This document shows positions 20,097 to 28,990 of a DNA stretch of 64,000 nt, piece by piece. Below the pieces are notes generated by a model. The model saw only the letters and a program-made list of their open reading frames with translations. It ran no database searches and was not told the DNA's origin. Numbering within the stretch: position 1 is the first letter of the stretch; each line of letters begins with the position of its first letter. A program made the position numbers and the translations under genes. The stretch is from Candidatus Bathyarchaeota archaeon (GTDB taxonomy: Archaea > Thermoproteota > Bathyarchaeia > 40CM-2-53-6), in contig CAWAOH010000016.1 of assembly GCA_963783645.1 (NCBI GenBank), positions 141,719 to 205,718 on the forward strand, in the 5' to 3' direction.

Positions 20097-21589
20097 CTTG
20101 GCTGGTGTATATGCGGTCTTCCGGATCTTCGCCAGTCTGACCTGTGAGTAGGTGGGGTCTTCTTGATGGGTATGCTGATGGTCCTATTGGCTGCTGCTAG
20201 GGCCGCAGCGTTTTCCTCCAGTCGGGCTAGTTCTTCGTTGAGTTTGGGTGTGAATGTGTTCAAGTATGTTGTACTGAAGTCCCCGGCATTGAATTGCTTG
20301 TCAATCATTATTGCTTGATGGAGAGGTACGGTTGTTGGAATACCGATGATTTCCAGCTCGTCAAGGGCGCCCCTCATTCTGCGTATCGCGTCTTTGCGAT
20401 TTCTTCCATACGCAGAGAGTTTCACGATGAGTGAGTCGTAGTATTCAGGAACGGTGTAGCCAGAGTATAGTGCCGAATCGACTCGTATTCCTGGACCTGC
20501 GGGCGCGTGGTATTGAATCACGGTGCCCGGAGAAGGCGTGAAGTCTTTTCGTGGATCTTCTGCGTTGATACGACAGTTGATAGCCCACCCTCTTACTCTG
20601 ATCTCATTCTGCGACACGTTCATCTGTGATTCGAAAGCGATCGAGAGTTGCTCCTCGACAATATCAATGCCAGTGGTTAGTTCGGTGACAAGATGCTCAA
20701 CCTGGATCCGTTTATTCACTTCTAGAAAGTGGAATTGACCGGTATTTTCGACAAGGAATTCCACCGTGCCGGCATTCGTGTAGCCTGAAGCTTCAAGTCC
20801 CTTCTTCGCTGCTTCAGAAAGGGCGGATCTCGTCGTATCGCTAATTCCAATTGATGGCGCTTCTTCGAGGAGTTTCTGATGTCGACGCTGAATGCTGCAC
20901 TCTCGCTCACCCAGAATCACCACATTCCCTCGTTTTCCGGCGAGCGCTTGAATTTCTACATGACGCGGGCTTGTGAGTTGTTTCTCAACGTACATCTCAC
21001 TTTTTCCGAACGAGGAGGCTGCTTCCATCTTCGTAACCCGATAGAATCGTTGGACCTCTTCCTTAGAGTGCGCAATTCGCATGCCACGGCCGCCCCCGCC
21101 ATATGCGGCTTTGAGTATCACCGGAAATCCAATAATCTCAGCTACTTCAACCGCCTCGTGCTCATCCTTCAGTGGATTGTCGGACCCGGGTATTATGGGA
21201 ACGCCCGCTTCACGCATTGTTTTCCGTGCAGTTAGCTTGTTTTCGAGCTTCTCAATTGAATCACTCGAAGGTCCAACGAAGACGAGATCATGCTCTTCAC
21301 AGGCTCTTGCGAAGGACGCGTCTTCTGAGAGAAATCCGTACCCTGGATGGACGCCGTCGCACTTCGTTTCTGTGGCGGCGCGAATGATCTTGGGTATGCT
21401 GAGGTACGTTTCCGCGGGTGTGACTCCGACCAAAGGGAATGTTGCATCGGCATATGCCATCGGGAGGGAGTTCTGGTCAGCATCCGAGTATACTAGTACC
21501 GTTGATATTTCCAGCTTACGGCATGTTCGAATGATCCGGAGTGCTATCTCACCACGATTTGCGATTAGGAGTCTGATCGGCAAGGGCAA
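20090..21589 (-). CDS. accC: Biotin carboxylase subunit of acyl-CoA carboxylase
   Basis: IANRGEIA, HPGYGFLSE, GGGGRGMR, RECSIQRRHQK, RIQVEH. Confidence 0.95.
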   Translation of the reverse strand: MPLPIRLLIANRGEIALRIIRTCRKLEISTVLVYSDADQNSLPMAYADATFPLVGVTPAETYLSIPKIIRAATETKCDGVHPGYGFLSEDASFARACEEHDLVFVGPSSDSIEKLENKLTARKTMREAGVPIIPGSDNPLKDEHEAVEVAEIIGFPVILKAAYGGGGRGMRIAHSKEEVQRFYRVTKMEAASSFGKSEMYVEKQLTSPRHVEIQALAGKRGNVVILGERECSIQRRHQKLLEEAPSIGISDTTRSALSEAAKKGLEASGYTNAGTVEFLVENTGQFHFLEVNKRIQVEHLVTELTTGIDIVEEQLSIAFESQMNVSQNEIRVRGWAINCRINAEDPRKDFTPSPGTVIQYHAPAGPGIRVDSALYSGYTVPEYYDSLIVKLSAYGRNRKDAIRRMRGALDELEIIGIPTTVPLHQAIMIDKQFNAGDFSTTYLNTFTPKLNEELARLEENAAALAAANRTISIPIKKTPPTHRSDWRRSGRPHIHQPSW

Positions 21590-21610
21590 ACATCAACGTG
21601 AAATCCAATT

Positions 21611-21880
21611 TCACAACGGTATGTTGTAATGCTCTTCTGGATGGGTTAGTTGTCGCTTCTTCGAAGTAACCTCTAGAGCACGAAGCTTTGGTCTCATTTC
21701 CTGTGATTCAAGGAAATCATGAATGCGACCTCGTTTCGCCGGAACGTAAGGTGTAGCAGATCGTTCACGATATTCCACTGTAGGTGTTTTCGCCCCAGTA
21801 GATTGATCGTCTGCTTGCGCAATTTCTTTCCTGGTTTTGGTTGCACCTTCAGGACGCATGACTTCCTCTCCGGTTTGCAC
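21611..21880 (-). pseudogene. Decayed C-terminal remnant of an acyl-CoA carboxyltransferase
   Basis: VMRPEGA..RKEIAQADD..EYRERSATPY..RG..HYNIPL aligns by eye with VMGPEAA..RKEIAEASD..EYRELFSNPY..RG..HGNMPQ of 35473-37053. Confidence 0.75.
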
Positions 21881-22086
21881 GCATCTCGGAACGGGCGTTT
21901 AAATCACTTGTCGTCAGGACGTAGGGTGCAGGTAAGCGACGTGAGTGCCCGAAACGCCGTATGGCTGAGTTAATTCTTTGCCATCGCTTATGTAAATTCG
22001 CGTTCGCTCTCTTGACTCTTGTTCCCATTATTGCCTATGGCAATCGTGATAAGCCATTCATGCGTAGGTTTCATGGAGGGATTGAA

Positions 22087-22899
22087 TTGAGCGTAGAGGA
22101 GAAAGATGTCGCTGCCCTTCAGCGGCTTGGCTTAACCGAGTACGAGTCAAGGCTTTACCTTGCACTCGCCAAGATGGGACCTATTAAGGCCAGCGAAGTC
22201 AGCTTCCACGGACACGTCCCCCGAACCAGATCCTATGGTGCCATTCGGGAGCTGGAACGGAAAGGACTTCTAATAACAATACCAGGGAAGCCAGAAGTCT
22301 ACGCTGCACGTGCTCCCGCGGAGGTGCTCCTGCCTATGATCACGAGGCTTGAGGGCGAAGTGAAGGACTCTGCGAATCTCGTCCAACGATTATCCATGAC
22401 ATATGAATCGAATGTAATTGTGAGGAGCCAGTTTCCGCGAGAAGCAAGGGAAATGTGGATCATTGAGGGAAGAGCAAACGTTCTGAATAAAATGAATGAG
22501 CTTTTCAATCAAGCCTCAAAAACCATCGATTACTGCACAGGTGGAAATGGTCTGATTTGCGCATATAAGGCGAATACTGACATGCTTGCGAAGGCAAAAC
22601 AGCGTGGGGTCGTTGTGAAAATGCTGACTACCGTTTCCAGCGAGAACGCTTCGGTGGCAAGCGAGATGGGAACTGTGCTAGAGTTGAGGAGCATGGACAA
22701 ACCCTTTCCTCCTCAATACGTGAACTTCGTATCCGTCGACTCCCATGAACTTATCATTTCAGAAGTCAAACCTGACGATCTAAGCACCGATTGCGGGTTA
22801 GATTTTGCAGTATGGAACCGCAATAAACTTGCAGTCGGCGTTCATGACCAAGCCTTTGAACGTCTGTGGGATCTCTACGCAAAGTCCGCTAGGAAGTAG
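22087..22899 (+). CDS. TrmB-family transcriptional regulator
   Basis: LQRLGLTEYESRLYLAL..VPRTRSYG..LERKGL and a C-terminal effector domain. TTG start after GGAGGG. Confidence 0.88.
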   Translation: MSVEEKDVAALQRLGLTEYESRLYLALAKMGPIKASEVSFHGHVPRTRSYGAIRELERKGLLITIPGKPEVYAARAPAEVLLPMITRLEGEVKDSANLVQRLSMTYESNVIVRSQFPREAREMWIIEGRANVLNKMNELFNQASKTIDYCTGGNGLICAYKANTDMLAKAKQRGVVVKMLTTVSSENASVASEMGTVLELRSMDKPFPPQYVNFVSVDSHELIISEVKPDDLSTDCGLDFAVWNRNKLAVGVHDQAFERLWDLYAKSARK

Positions 22900-23040
22900 A
22901 GGGCTCGGACTGGTAGACTATAGCTTGGTTCTTGGTATTATGTGAATGTACGCATTTTCGTGAAGCCGATGAGGAAATTTATAGTCCGCGATTGTTGAAA
23001 AAGTTGGTTCGGCTGCCCTTGTGTATCCTAACGACGCCAG

Positions 23041-23796
23041 TTAGAGGACTGACTCTTTCGAGTAAACCTCAATTCCATTTTGACCAATGTTGTAGGGTCT
23101 GGGTGTGCGGTCGATGGGCGTACCGCGCATCTTCTCCACTTGGATTACTCTCTGTAAGCTCTTCCCGCTCGTTGTTGTCTGCATCAGGATTATGCCGTGA
23201 ACAAGATATTCCTCGATTTGGAGCTTTCTGTTCGTGCCGCCGACCTCAGCTAATTCAGATGCGAGAAGACATGTGGCGCCTGTTTTGGACAGAGCTTGCA
23301 CGAGGTCGAGCATTGCTTTCCGTCTTTGGGTGAGATCTGCATATTGGAAGATCAGGTGAGAGACAGGATCGACTACGATTCGCCGTGCTCCAGCAGAAAC
23401 CGCACGATTCTTGATAACTTCCAACAGGCTGAGCAATGAGAATTCGGTTTTAGCGATCGAAACATTTCCCACCTGAACCTCGGCGGGAAGGGACCTGATT
23501 GGCGATGCGTCAATGAATGAAAGTTGTCCGGTCCTCTCGAGTGCTTCTATGTCCCATCCGAGAGCATTCATCTCCTCCACGTACTGTTCCTTGCTCTCCT
23601 CCAAGGAGACATAGAGTCCTTTCTCGTTGAACTTCTCGATGCCGTTTACGAGAAACTGTGTGCACAGTATTGTCTTGCCTGCCCCGGGTTCCCCCAGGGC
23701 GAGAACAACTCGGCCACGCGGTAGGCCTCCGGTCAGTATCTCATCAAGGCCTGGGATTCCCGTGAAGCTTCTTTCAAGCTTTCTGATAGTGGGCAT
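23041..23796 (-). CDS. Single-domain KaiC/RAD55-like ATPase
   Basis: TGIPGLDEILTGGLP, Walker A GEPGAGKT, SLEE, RIVVDP, EKMRG. Confidence 0.92.
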   Translation of the reverse strand: MPTIRKLERSFTGIPGLDEILTGGLPRGRVVLALGEPGAGKTILCTQFLVNGIEKFNEKGLYVSLEESKEQYVEEMNALGWDIEALERTGQLSFIDASPIRSLPAEVQVGNVSIAKTEFSLLSLLEVIKNRAVSAGARRIVVDPVSHLIFQYADLTQRRKAMLDLVQALSKTGATCLLASELAEVGGTNRKLQIEEYLVHGIILMQTTTSGKSLQRVIQVEKMRGTPIDRTPRPYNIGQNGIEVYSKESVL

Positions 23797-23810
23797 AGCA
23801 AGATTACCTT

Positions 23811-24218
23811 TTATCGAATTTCTGTAACCGCTCTTGTAGCTTGTTGCTCGCTTTCTCTTAACCTTGTTTTTGCCGCTTCGATATAGTCTACCGCTTCGAA
23901 TCCATGAATCTCATAGAACTCCCATCCTAATTTCGCATAGAGCCTTCTGATCGCAGCCCTTCCTATGACCTTTGCCGCCTTCCCTGAGATCTCCTCCAGC
24001 AGCGCTGAGAACTTGGCTGGTTGGCTTGGGATCTCATCATGATGTATTGAGCATTCAAGATAGTCGAAGATCATTTTCTTAGTCCGTGCTCCAACGAGGT
24101 CGATTAAAGTCTCGTCTATTGCTTCGAGGAGTAACTCATCGAATGTCTTGGAGCGAATCCCATTGAGTGGAACCGAAGTGCGGATGTCCGTTGTTGATGC
24201 GCCCTGTCGCGAGATCAG
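23811..24218 (-). CDS. KaiC-associated helical protein (DUF3227-like)
   Basis: FDELLLEAIDETL..IFDYLE..EIP..FSALLEEISG. The first helix lies upstream of the ATG at 24074, so a CTG start at 24218 is proposed. Confidence 0.7.
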   Translation of the reverse strand: MISRQGASTTDIRTSVPLNGIRSKTFDELLLEAIDETLIDLVGARTKKMIFDYLECSIHHDEIPSQPAKFSALLEEISGKAAKVIGRAAIRRLYAKLGWEFYEIHGFEAVDYIEAAKTRLRESEQQATRAVTEIR

Positions 24219-24502
24219 GCCACGGTATGAGATAATAAAGTCACCAGCACGATTACGGAGCTGTCAATTAGATTGGATATAGTGGGAAGACCTCGATGCT
24301 CAATGTTTGAGGCCTCTTTGTATGTCATTCGATGGATAAATCTTCTAGAACATCGTCCCATGCTCAGATTCAACGAGGCTTATCTGCATTAACTGACGAA
24401 CTGGCTGTCACCTCCTAGACTAGCCTTCATGGATCGGTGAAGAAGCAACTTGATGCGTGCGCGTCCCTTAGTGATTGAGAGGATGGACGTTAGTGGTTGT
24501 AG

Positions 24503-25213
24503 GTGGCGTGCGCTGTGAAGTTGGCTGAGAGCATCCTGGCGCTTCATCAGGAGATTCTGGAAGTTTACGTTATCGAGGAGAGGGATGGCCAGAGTGTGGT
24601 TACAGATGAAGCTAGCAAGAGCGGGGCTTCACTGCTCGCGGATGGCATGAACCAGATGGGGAGAAATGCTCCGTTAAGTCCATCAATCATTCTTGGAGCG
24701 GCAGGGCAGATCCTTCAAGGTAGTAGACCCACGAAATTAGTGGGGATACTGTACAGCGGGGGAGGCGTCATAATGTCACCCATCGATGAGGGTAGACTAT
24801 TCATTGCCAGCACAACCCCCTCAAGCCTTTTTGACGTAATGCGGAAGATCACTGAATCGCTGCCGAGAATAACACAAGGATTTAGGGGAACAGTAAACGC
24901 GGTGAACTCAGCAAGTGAAGCTGAGGACAGAGCAATTGCTTTCCTCACAAAAAGGCCTCAGCATGCGTATTCTAGCGTGCATCTCGATGAAGTAGTGTAT
25001 CTGAATGATGATCAACTTTGGAGCATCAATGGCTCCCTCCAATCTCGAATGCGTAGCAAGAGTTTTCACATGGACGTGGCCGCGAAGGACGGGGCCGTCT
25101 TGAGGTTCTCCTCAGTCACTTCAATGACTCGAAACTACCTACTCATTCTCGAGGCCGCATGTATAGCAGCGGCCACAGCCTTGTTAGCGTGGATTTTGTA
25201 CACAAAGCTCTGA
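24503..25213 (+). CDS. Roadblock/profilin-like domain + PepSY-like domain + C-terminal TM
   Basis: N-terminus (LAESILALHQEI..SIILGAAG) resembles 50375-50785; hydrophobic C-terminal helix. Fold calls are by eye. Confidence 0.6.
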   Translation: MACAVKLAESILALHQEILEVYVIEERDGQSVVTDEASKSGASLLADGMNQMGRNAPLSPSIILGAAGQILQGSRPTKLVGILYSGGGVIMSPIDEGRLFIASTTPSSLFDVMRKITESLPRITQGFRGTVNAVNSASEAEDRAIAFLTKRPQHAYSSVHLDEVVYLNDDQLWSINGSLQSRMRSKSFHMDVAAKDGAVLRFSSVTSMTRNYLLILEAACIAAATALLAWILYTKL

Positions 25214-25251
25214 AATCGACTCTGGAGCTGAGGTTATATTGCAGTTTGCAT

Positions 25252-25265
25252 GATATGATCATATC
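25252..25265. promoter_or_regulatory. Perfect 14-bp palindrome, candidate operator
   Basis: GATATGATCATATC between a TATA-like TTATAT (~25234) and the wHTH ATG at 25282. Confidence 0.45.
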
Positions 25266-25281
25266 TTCCAGTGATTATGGT

Positions 25282-25557
25282 ATGTATGCTCTAGAACAAA
25301 AACCAGCGGCGAATAGAACACGGGTTGAGATTCTTGCTAATATCCTCCAAGTAGCATCAAATCGAACTCTTAAGACACATATTATGTATCGTGCGAATCT
25401 TAGCCATCGCCAGCTGGAGAAGTATCTGACCTTCCTCGAGACTAATGGGATGCTTGAGCGGCTGTTGGATGAAGATGGCGTCCTAAAGTACCTGGTGACT
25501 CAGAGGGGTATTGATTTCCTTAAGGATTATGAACGGTTGTCCAGTTACTTGTCTTAG
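25282..25557 (+). CDS. ArnR1-like (COG3432) winged-helix regulator
   Basis: RTRVEILANIL..KTHIMYRANLS..KYL..L..YLVTQRG. Confidence 0.88.
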   Translation: MYALEQKPAANRTRVEILANILQVASNRTLKTHIMYRANLSHRQLEKYLTFLETNGMLERLLDEDGVLKYLVTQRGIDFLKDYERLSSYLS

Positions 25558-25669
25558 AGATTTCATCAAGCGTTCACGTGCGGTTTTCTAGAATCGAAGA
25601 TGGATAGTTCTCGTCAGTACGTCCTGAGTCTCTTTATACATTCTTACATTGACTCGTTCGTAGAGAACG

Positions 25670-25918
25670 TTGACGTCAAGATTGGGGCTCAGCATAGTCG
25701 ATAGAGTCTGGTCTATGCTGCAGGATGGCCAATGGCATACTCGGCATGGAATATTGTGGACCCTGCATTCACGCGAAGATGAAGCCTCGCTCGTCCTCAG
25801 TTTTCTTGTCAAGTACGGTTTCTTGGAAGTGTCCGATCAGGATAGGTTGAGAGCTTTAGCATTGTCCCCGCCACCGAGCTGTGCTGCGCGAATTCTTCGA
25901 CAAAATCCTATCCTGTGA
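25670..25918 (+). CDS. Small winged-helix-like protein
   Basis: MLQDGQWH..LVLSFLVKYGFLE pattern typical of small archaeal wHTH proteins. Confidence 0.55.
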   Translation: MTSRLGLSIVDRVWSMLQDGQWHTRHGILWTLHSREDEASLVLSFLVKYGFLEVSDQDRLRALALSPPPSCAARILRQNPIL

Positions 25919-26115
25919 TCATTTCACTCTTGGGACCACTTCCAGTTTGATTGGACTATTAGCTAATGGACAACTCCAGGGTGCGTTAGGATAGGAACTT
26001 GGCAGATTATGACTGGCATGTGTTAACATGGGCCTGATGCCGGACAGATCCTAGACAATTGTTCTAGAACTAAGCTTCATAACTGCCTTTTGTACGTGTA
26101 CACCCCATCCGAGCA

Positions 26116-26469
26116 ATGGTTGCTGTTGGGATCCCTGTGACTAATTCAGAGAAACATAAGCGGCAATACCGCGACCGCATCGAAATAACCGCCAACATAT
26201 TGGAAATCGCCAAGGACGGGTCCCGTAAGACGCGGATAATGTACCTCGGCAACCTAAGCTTCGACCTTGTCCAGAAATATTTGTCACAACTCGTGCAACT
26301 CGACCTAGTTGAAGTGAAGGAGACACCGGGCGGCGAAAAAATGTACTATGTAACTCCAAAGGGAGAACGCTTCTTAGCTGACTTCAGCGAGCTTCAGAAA
26401 CACGCCGAAATCGCGGACACTAAGAAACAAGTGCTTGAAAATGCTCTCGGCATAAAGGTCAGAGCCTGA
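26116..26469 (+). CDS. ArnR1-like (COG3432) winged-helix regulator
   Basis: YRDRIEITANIL..KTRIMYLGNLS..KYL..YYVTPKG. Confidence 0.88.
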   Translation: MVAVGIPVTNSEKHKRQYRDRIEITANILEIAKDGSRKTRIMYLGNLSFDLVQKYLSQLVQLDLVEVKETPGGEKMYYVTPKGERFLADFSELQKHAEIADTKKQVLENALGIKVRA

Positions 26470-26693
26470 GCTTATCCTACTTATCATCTGATGGATTAGA
26501 GTTAATTAGAGGTAACAAAGCAGCTGACTATTCTGCGATCGTCTCAGAGGTTGAACTATTCCCATCAATGACTGATGAAGCTATAATGGATTCACGATTG
26601 AGGAATGCGTACTCCCGCAGAAACCGACCATGTTCAGTTAATGACGTGCAAAGGATTCGATCTTGATTGATCGGAAGGCTGTCATGCTTTTCG

Positions 26694-27743
26694 CTATAGC
26701 CTCGAACCGCATATGCGGCAATAGCTATCGCCTTGCCCTAGTCTTGTTCCGCAGTGACTACAAAATGCTCCAAGAGTTCCATCAGCAGATGTCTGTGCTG
26801 GTGGAGTTCCTTGCGTTGGTCCGCTGTATACTGTAGGCTTGCTAGGCGCAGAATTGCGTTTCGTTAGCATGAATAGCGTTGCCAGGAACAAGGCTAGTGA
26901 AATGGCAGCAAGCGCACCCAAACCTGTTTCCATCGTAGTGTCTGCTGTGGTGACCGTTGACGTAGATGTCAGAATGAGAGGTACTTGTGTTGAAATCGCG
27001 GTAGATGTGGTAAGACTCATTTCTGTTATGATCGAATAGCTAGTGATGGTTGCTGTCTGATATTGGTTCGGATAACCGGAGCCGTAACCGGAACCATAGC
27101 CTGGACTACAACCATAGTTTGAATAGTTACAGTTAGGATAGCTTGGGTTACAGTTATTGTATCCGTTGTAGCAGCCGGATCCATAGTTGGAACATCCATT
27201 GTATCCGTAGGAATTGCAGTAGGACTGCCATGATTGCGAGGATGATTGCCAAGTATGACTTGAGGATGAATGCCAGGAATGGCTCGGATCAGTTGAAGTC
27301 ACAATTGAAGTTGTAACGATGACTGCTGTCGAAGTTGAAGCGACTGTCGTCGTGGTCGACAGAGTTATGGAAGTCGTGGGCGGATCAGAGGTCGTTGATG
27401 TTGAGCTTGTGGAGGTTGCTGACGTCATCAACGATGTGGAAGTATCCGTAGTCAATGAGGTCGGATCCGTTGCGCTTGATGTAACACTCGATGTGGACTC
27501 AGTTGCCAGAGAGGTCGTAGTGACAGGTGCCGTTGTTGTTCCAGTATCAGTGGTAACCGCCGAAGATGTGGAAGCAAGGGTAGAGGCCGTTGGGGGTGAC
27601 GACGTCGTCGATTCGACGGTTATGCTGGAGTTGTCCATCGGGGAGACTGTAACCGCACTTGCGGCCGCCATACTCGAGGCCACACCGATTACAGCTAACA
27701 AGAGAATTAGAGCCAACGCAACTCGTACTGGAACTGATTTCAT
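26694..27743 (-). CDS. Surface protein: signal peptide, Thr/Ser stalk, Tyr/Asn/Gly/Cys-rich segment, TM, cytoplasmic Zn ribbon
   Basis: Composition of the translated ORF; C-terminal FCSHCG..YCRICGSRL. Confidence 0.8.
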   Translation of the reverse strand: MKSVPVRVALALILLLAVIGVASSMAAASAVTVSPMDNSSITVESTTSSPPTASTLASTSSAVTTDTGTTTAPVTTTSLATESTSSVTSSATDPTSLTTDTSTSLMTSATSTSSTSTTSDPPTTSITLSTTTTVASTSTAVIVTTSIVTSTDPSHSWHSSSSHTWQSSSQSWQSYCNSYGYNGCSNYGSGCYNGYNNCNPSYPNCNYSNYGCSPGYGSGYGSGYPNQYQTATITSYSIITEMSLTTSTAISTQVPLILTSTSTVTTADTTMETGLGALAAISLALFLATLFMLTKRNSAPSKPTVYSGPTQGTPPAQTSADGTLGAFCSHCGTRLGQGDSYCRICGSRL

Positions 27744-27992
27744 CCAACTTTTCCTTCTGTTTACGAATGGCTGTCAAGATTGGAATGGGACATTTTCTTA
27801 CGCCTGTTACCCTCGGGTATGATCGTCTAGGATGCCCCCATACTAACTACGGACCGTAGTTGCTTATAACTAAGATGAATGAGTTGGATATACTTAAGAT
27901 GGATAAAGGATACTGAAGTTCCGCTAACTGGTGGTTACCCTACCTATCTTACGAATTTACCATTCAACTTGGTTCCCGAAGTGTCTGGTGCC

Positions 27993-28871
27993 TCAAGTCA
28001 CGCGTTTCTTGGAGAGATACCAATCCAAATCTCTTTCATGATTTGCATTTGGAGTTTTAGTCTTCCACAGGTGAGAAATCTTCTCATCGAGCATTTCATA
28101 GTATTTGTCTCCTTTCCAGAGAAGCTGACGGATCTCTTGAAGATTGATGGCTGGGTTCCAAGACTCGTAGGCTTTTAGTGTTTGATTGATTATCATGCCG
28201 CGTGCGTTGTATCGATCAGTCATCAATTTTCTCACGCCCGTCGCCGCCAAATCTCCCAGTCCGTCTTCGAGTCCATCCTCAGTCACATACGGAAGCATTG
28301 GTGCAATGAAGACCCACGTATCAAACCCAGCCTCATTTAATCTTCTAAGGGCATCAATCCTGTCTCTGACCGGAGAGGCGTGTGGCTCAAAGAATGGTTG
28401 TATCTCGGGGTTGAAAGTTGTTATTGTGAAGCCAATATCAACCCTATCCTTAATACGCGTAAGTAGGTCGAGGTCGCGTAGAACGAGGGCGTTCTTCGTC
28501 AAAATGGAGACGGAAAACTTTCGATAGTTTGATAGGAGTTCAATTGCGCCTCGCGTCAACTTGTATTTTGCTTCGACTTGCTGGTATGGATCGCATACGC
28601 TGCTGAGCCAAACGCTGCCACCGGGACGTCTTGGCAGTTCATTAGCTAACACGTCAAGCAGGTTCGATTTTACGTCTACGAAGCTACCCCAAGAATCTTG
28701 CAAGTGGCCGGAAAAGCGCCGCATGAAATTCGCGTAGCAATAAACGCAACCGTGAAGGCAGCCGGTGTAGGGGTTGACCGTATAATCGTAGCTCAGTGCG
28801 CTCTTTGAGAGAGCTGTTTTGCAACGTTTCTCAATTATCTTCGGTGCCTCGCGTTTCACCATTCTCCCCAC
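27993..28871 (-). CDS. Radical SAM protein (SplB/Rv2578c-like)
   Basis: NPYTGCLHGCVYCYA, SSVCDPYQ, ILTK, FEP. Confidence 0.9.
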   Translation of the reverse strand: MGRMVKREAPKIIEKRCKTALSKSALSYDYTVNPYTGCLHGCVYCYANFMRRFSGHLQDSWGSFVDVKSNLLDVLANELPRRPGGSVWLSSVCDPYQQVEAKYKLTRGAIELLSNYRKFSVSILTKNALVLRDLDLLTRIKDRVDIGFTITTFNPEIQPFFEPHASPVRDRIDALRRLNEAGFDTWVFIAPMLPYVTEDGLEDGLGDLAATGVRKLMTDRYNARGMIINQTLKAYESWNPAINLQEIRQLLWKGDKYYEMLDEKISHLWKTKTPNANHERDLDWYLSKKRVT

Positions 28872-28990
28872 TTACAGACCTTGATGGCTAAGAGCTTTTC
28901 AATGGTGCGGGAGTGTGTAGAAGGCTATGATTTGAATAGGTGAGGGCGCATCAATTACGAAGGAGACCGCCTTCACTCAGCAGGTTTCCT

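Noticed and set aside
23041..23796. Circadian clock KaiC
   Set aside because: Single domain only, with no KaiA or KaiB in the window.
26570..26630. Hammerhead ribozyme core (CTGATGA...GAAA)
   Set aside because: No supporting stems could be formed around the core.
26694..28871. Radical SAM maturase with a Cys/Tyr-rich RiPP precursor
   Set aside because: The enzyme is SplB-like with no SPASM or RRE domain, and the neighbour is a large exported membrane protein.
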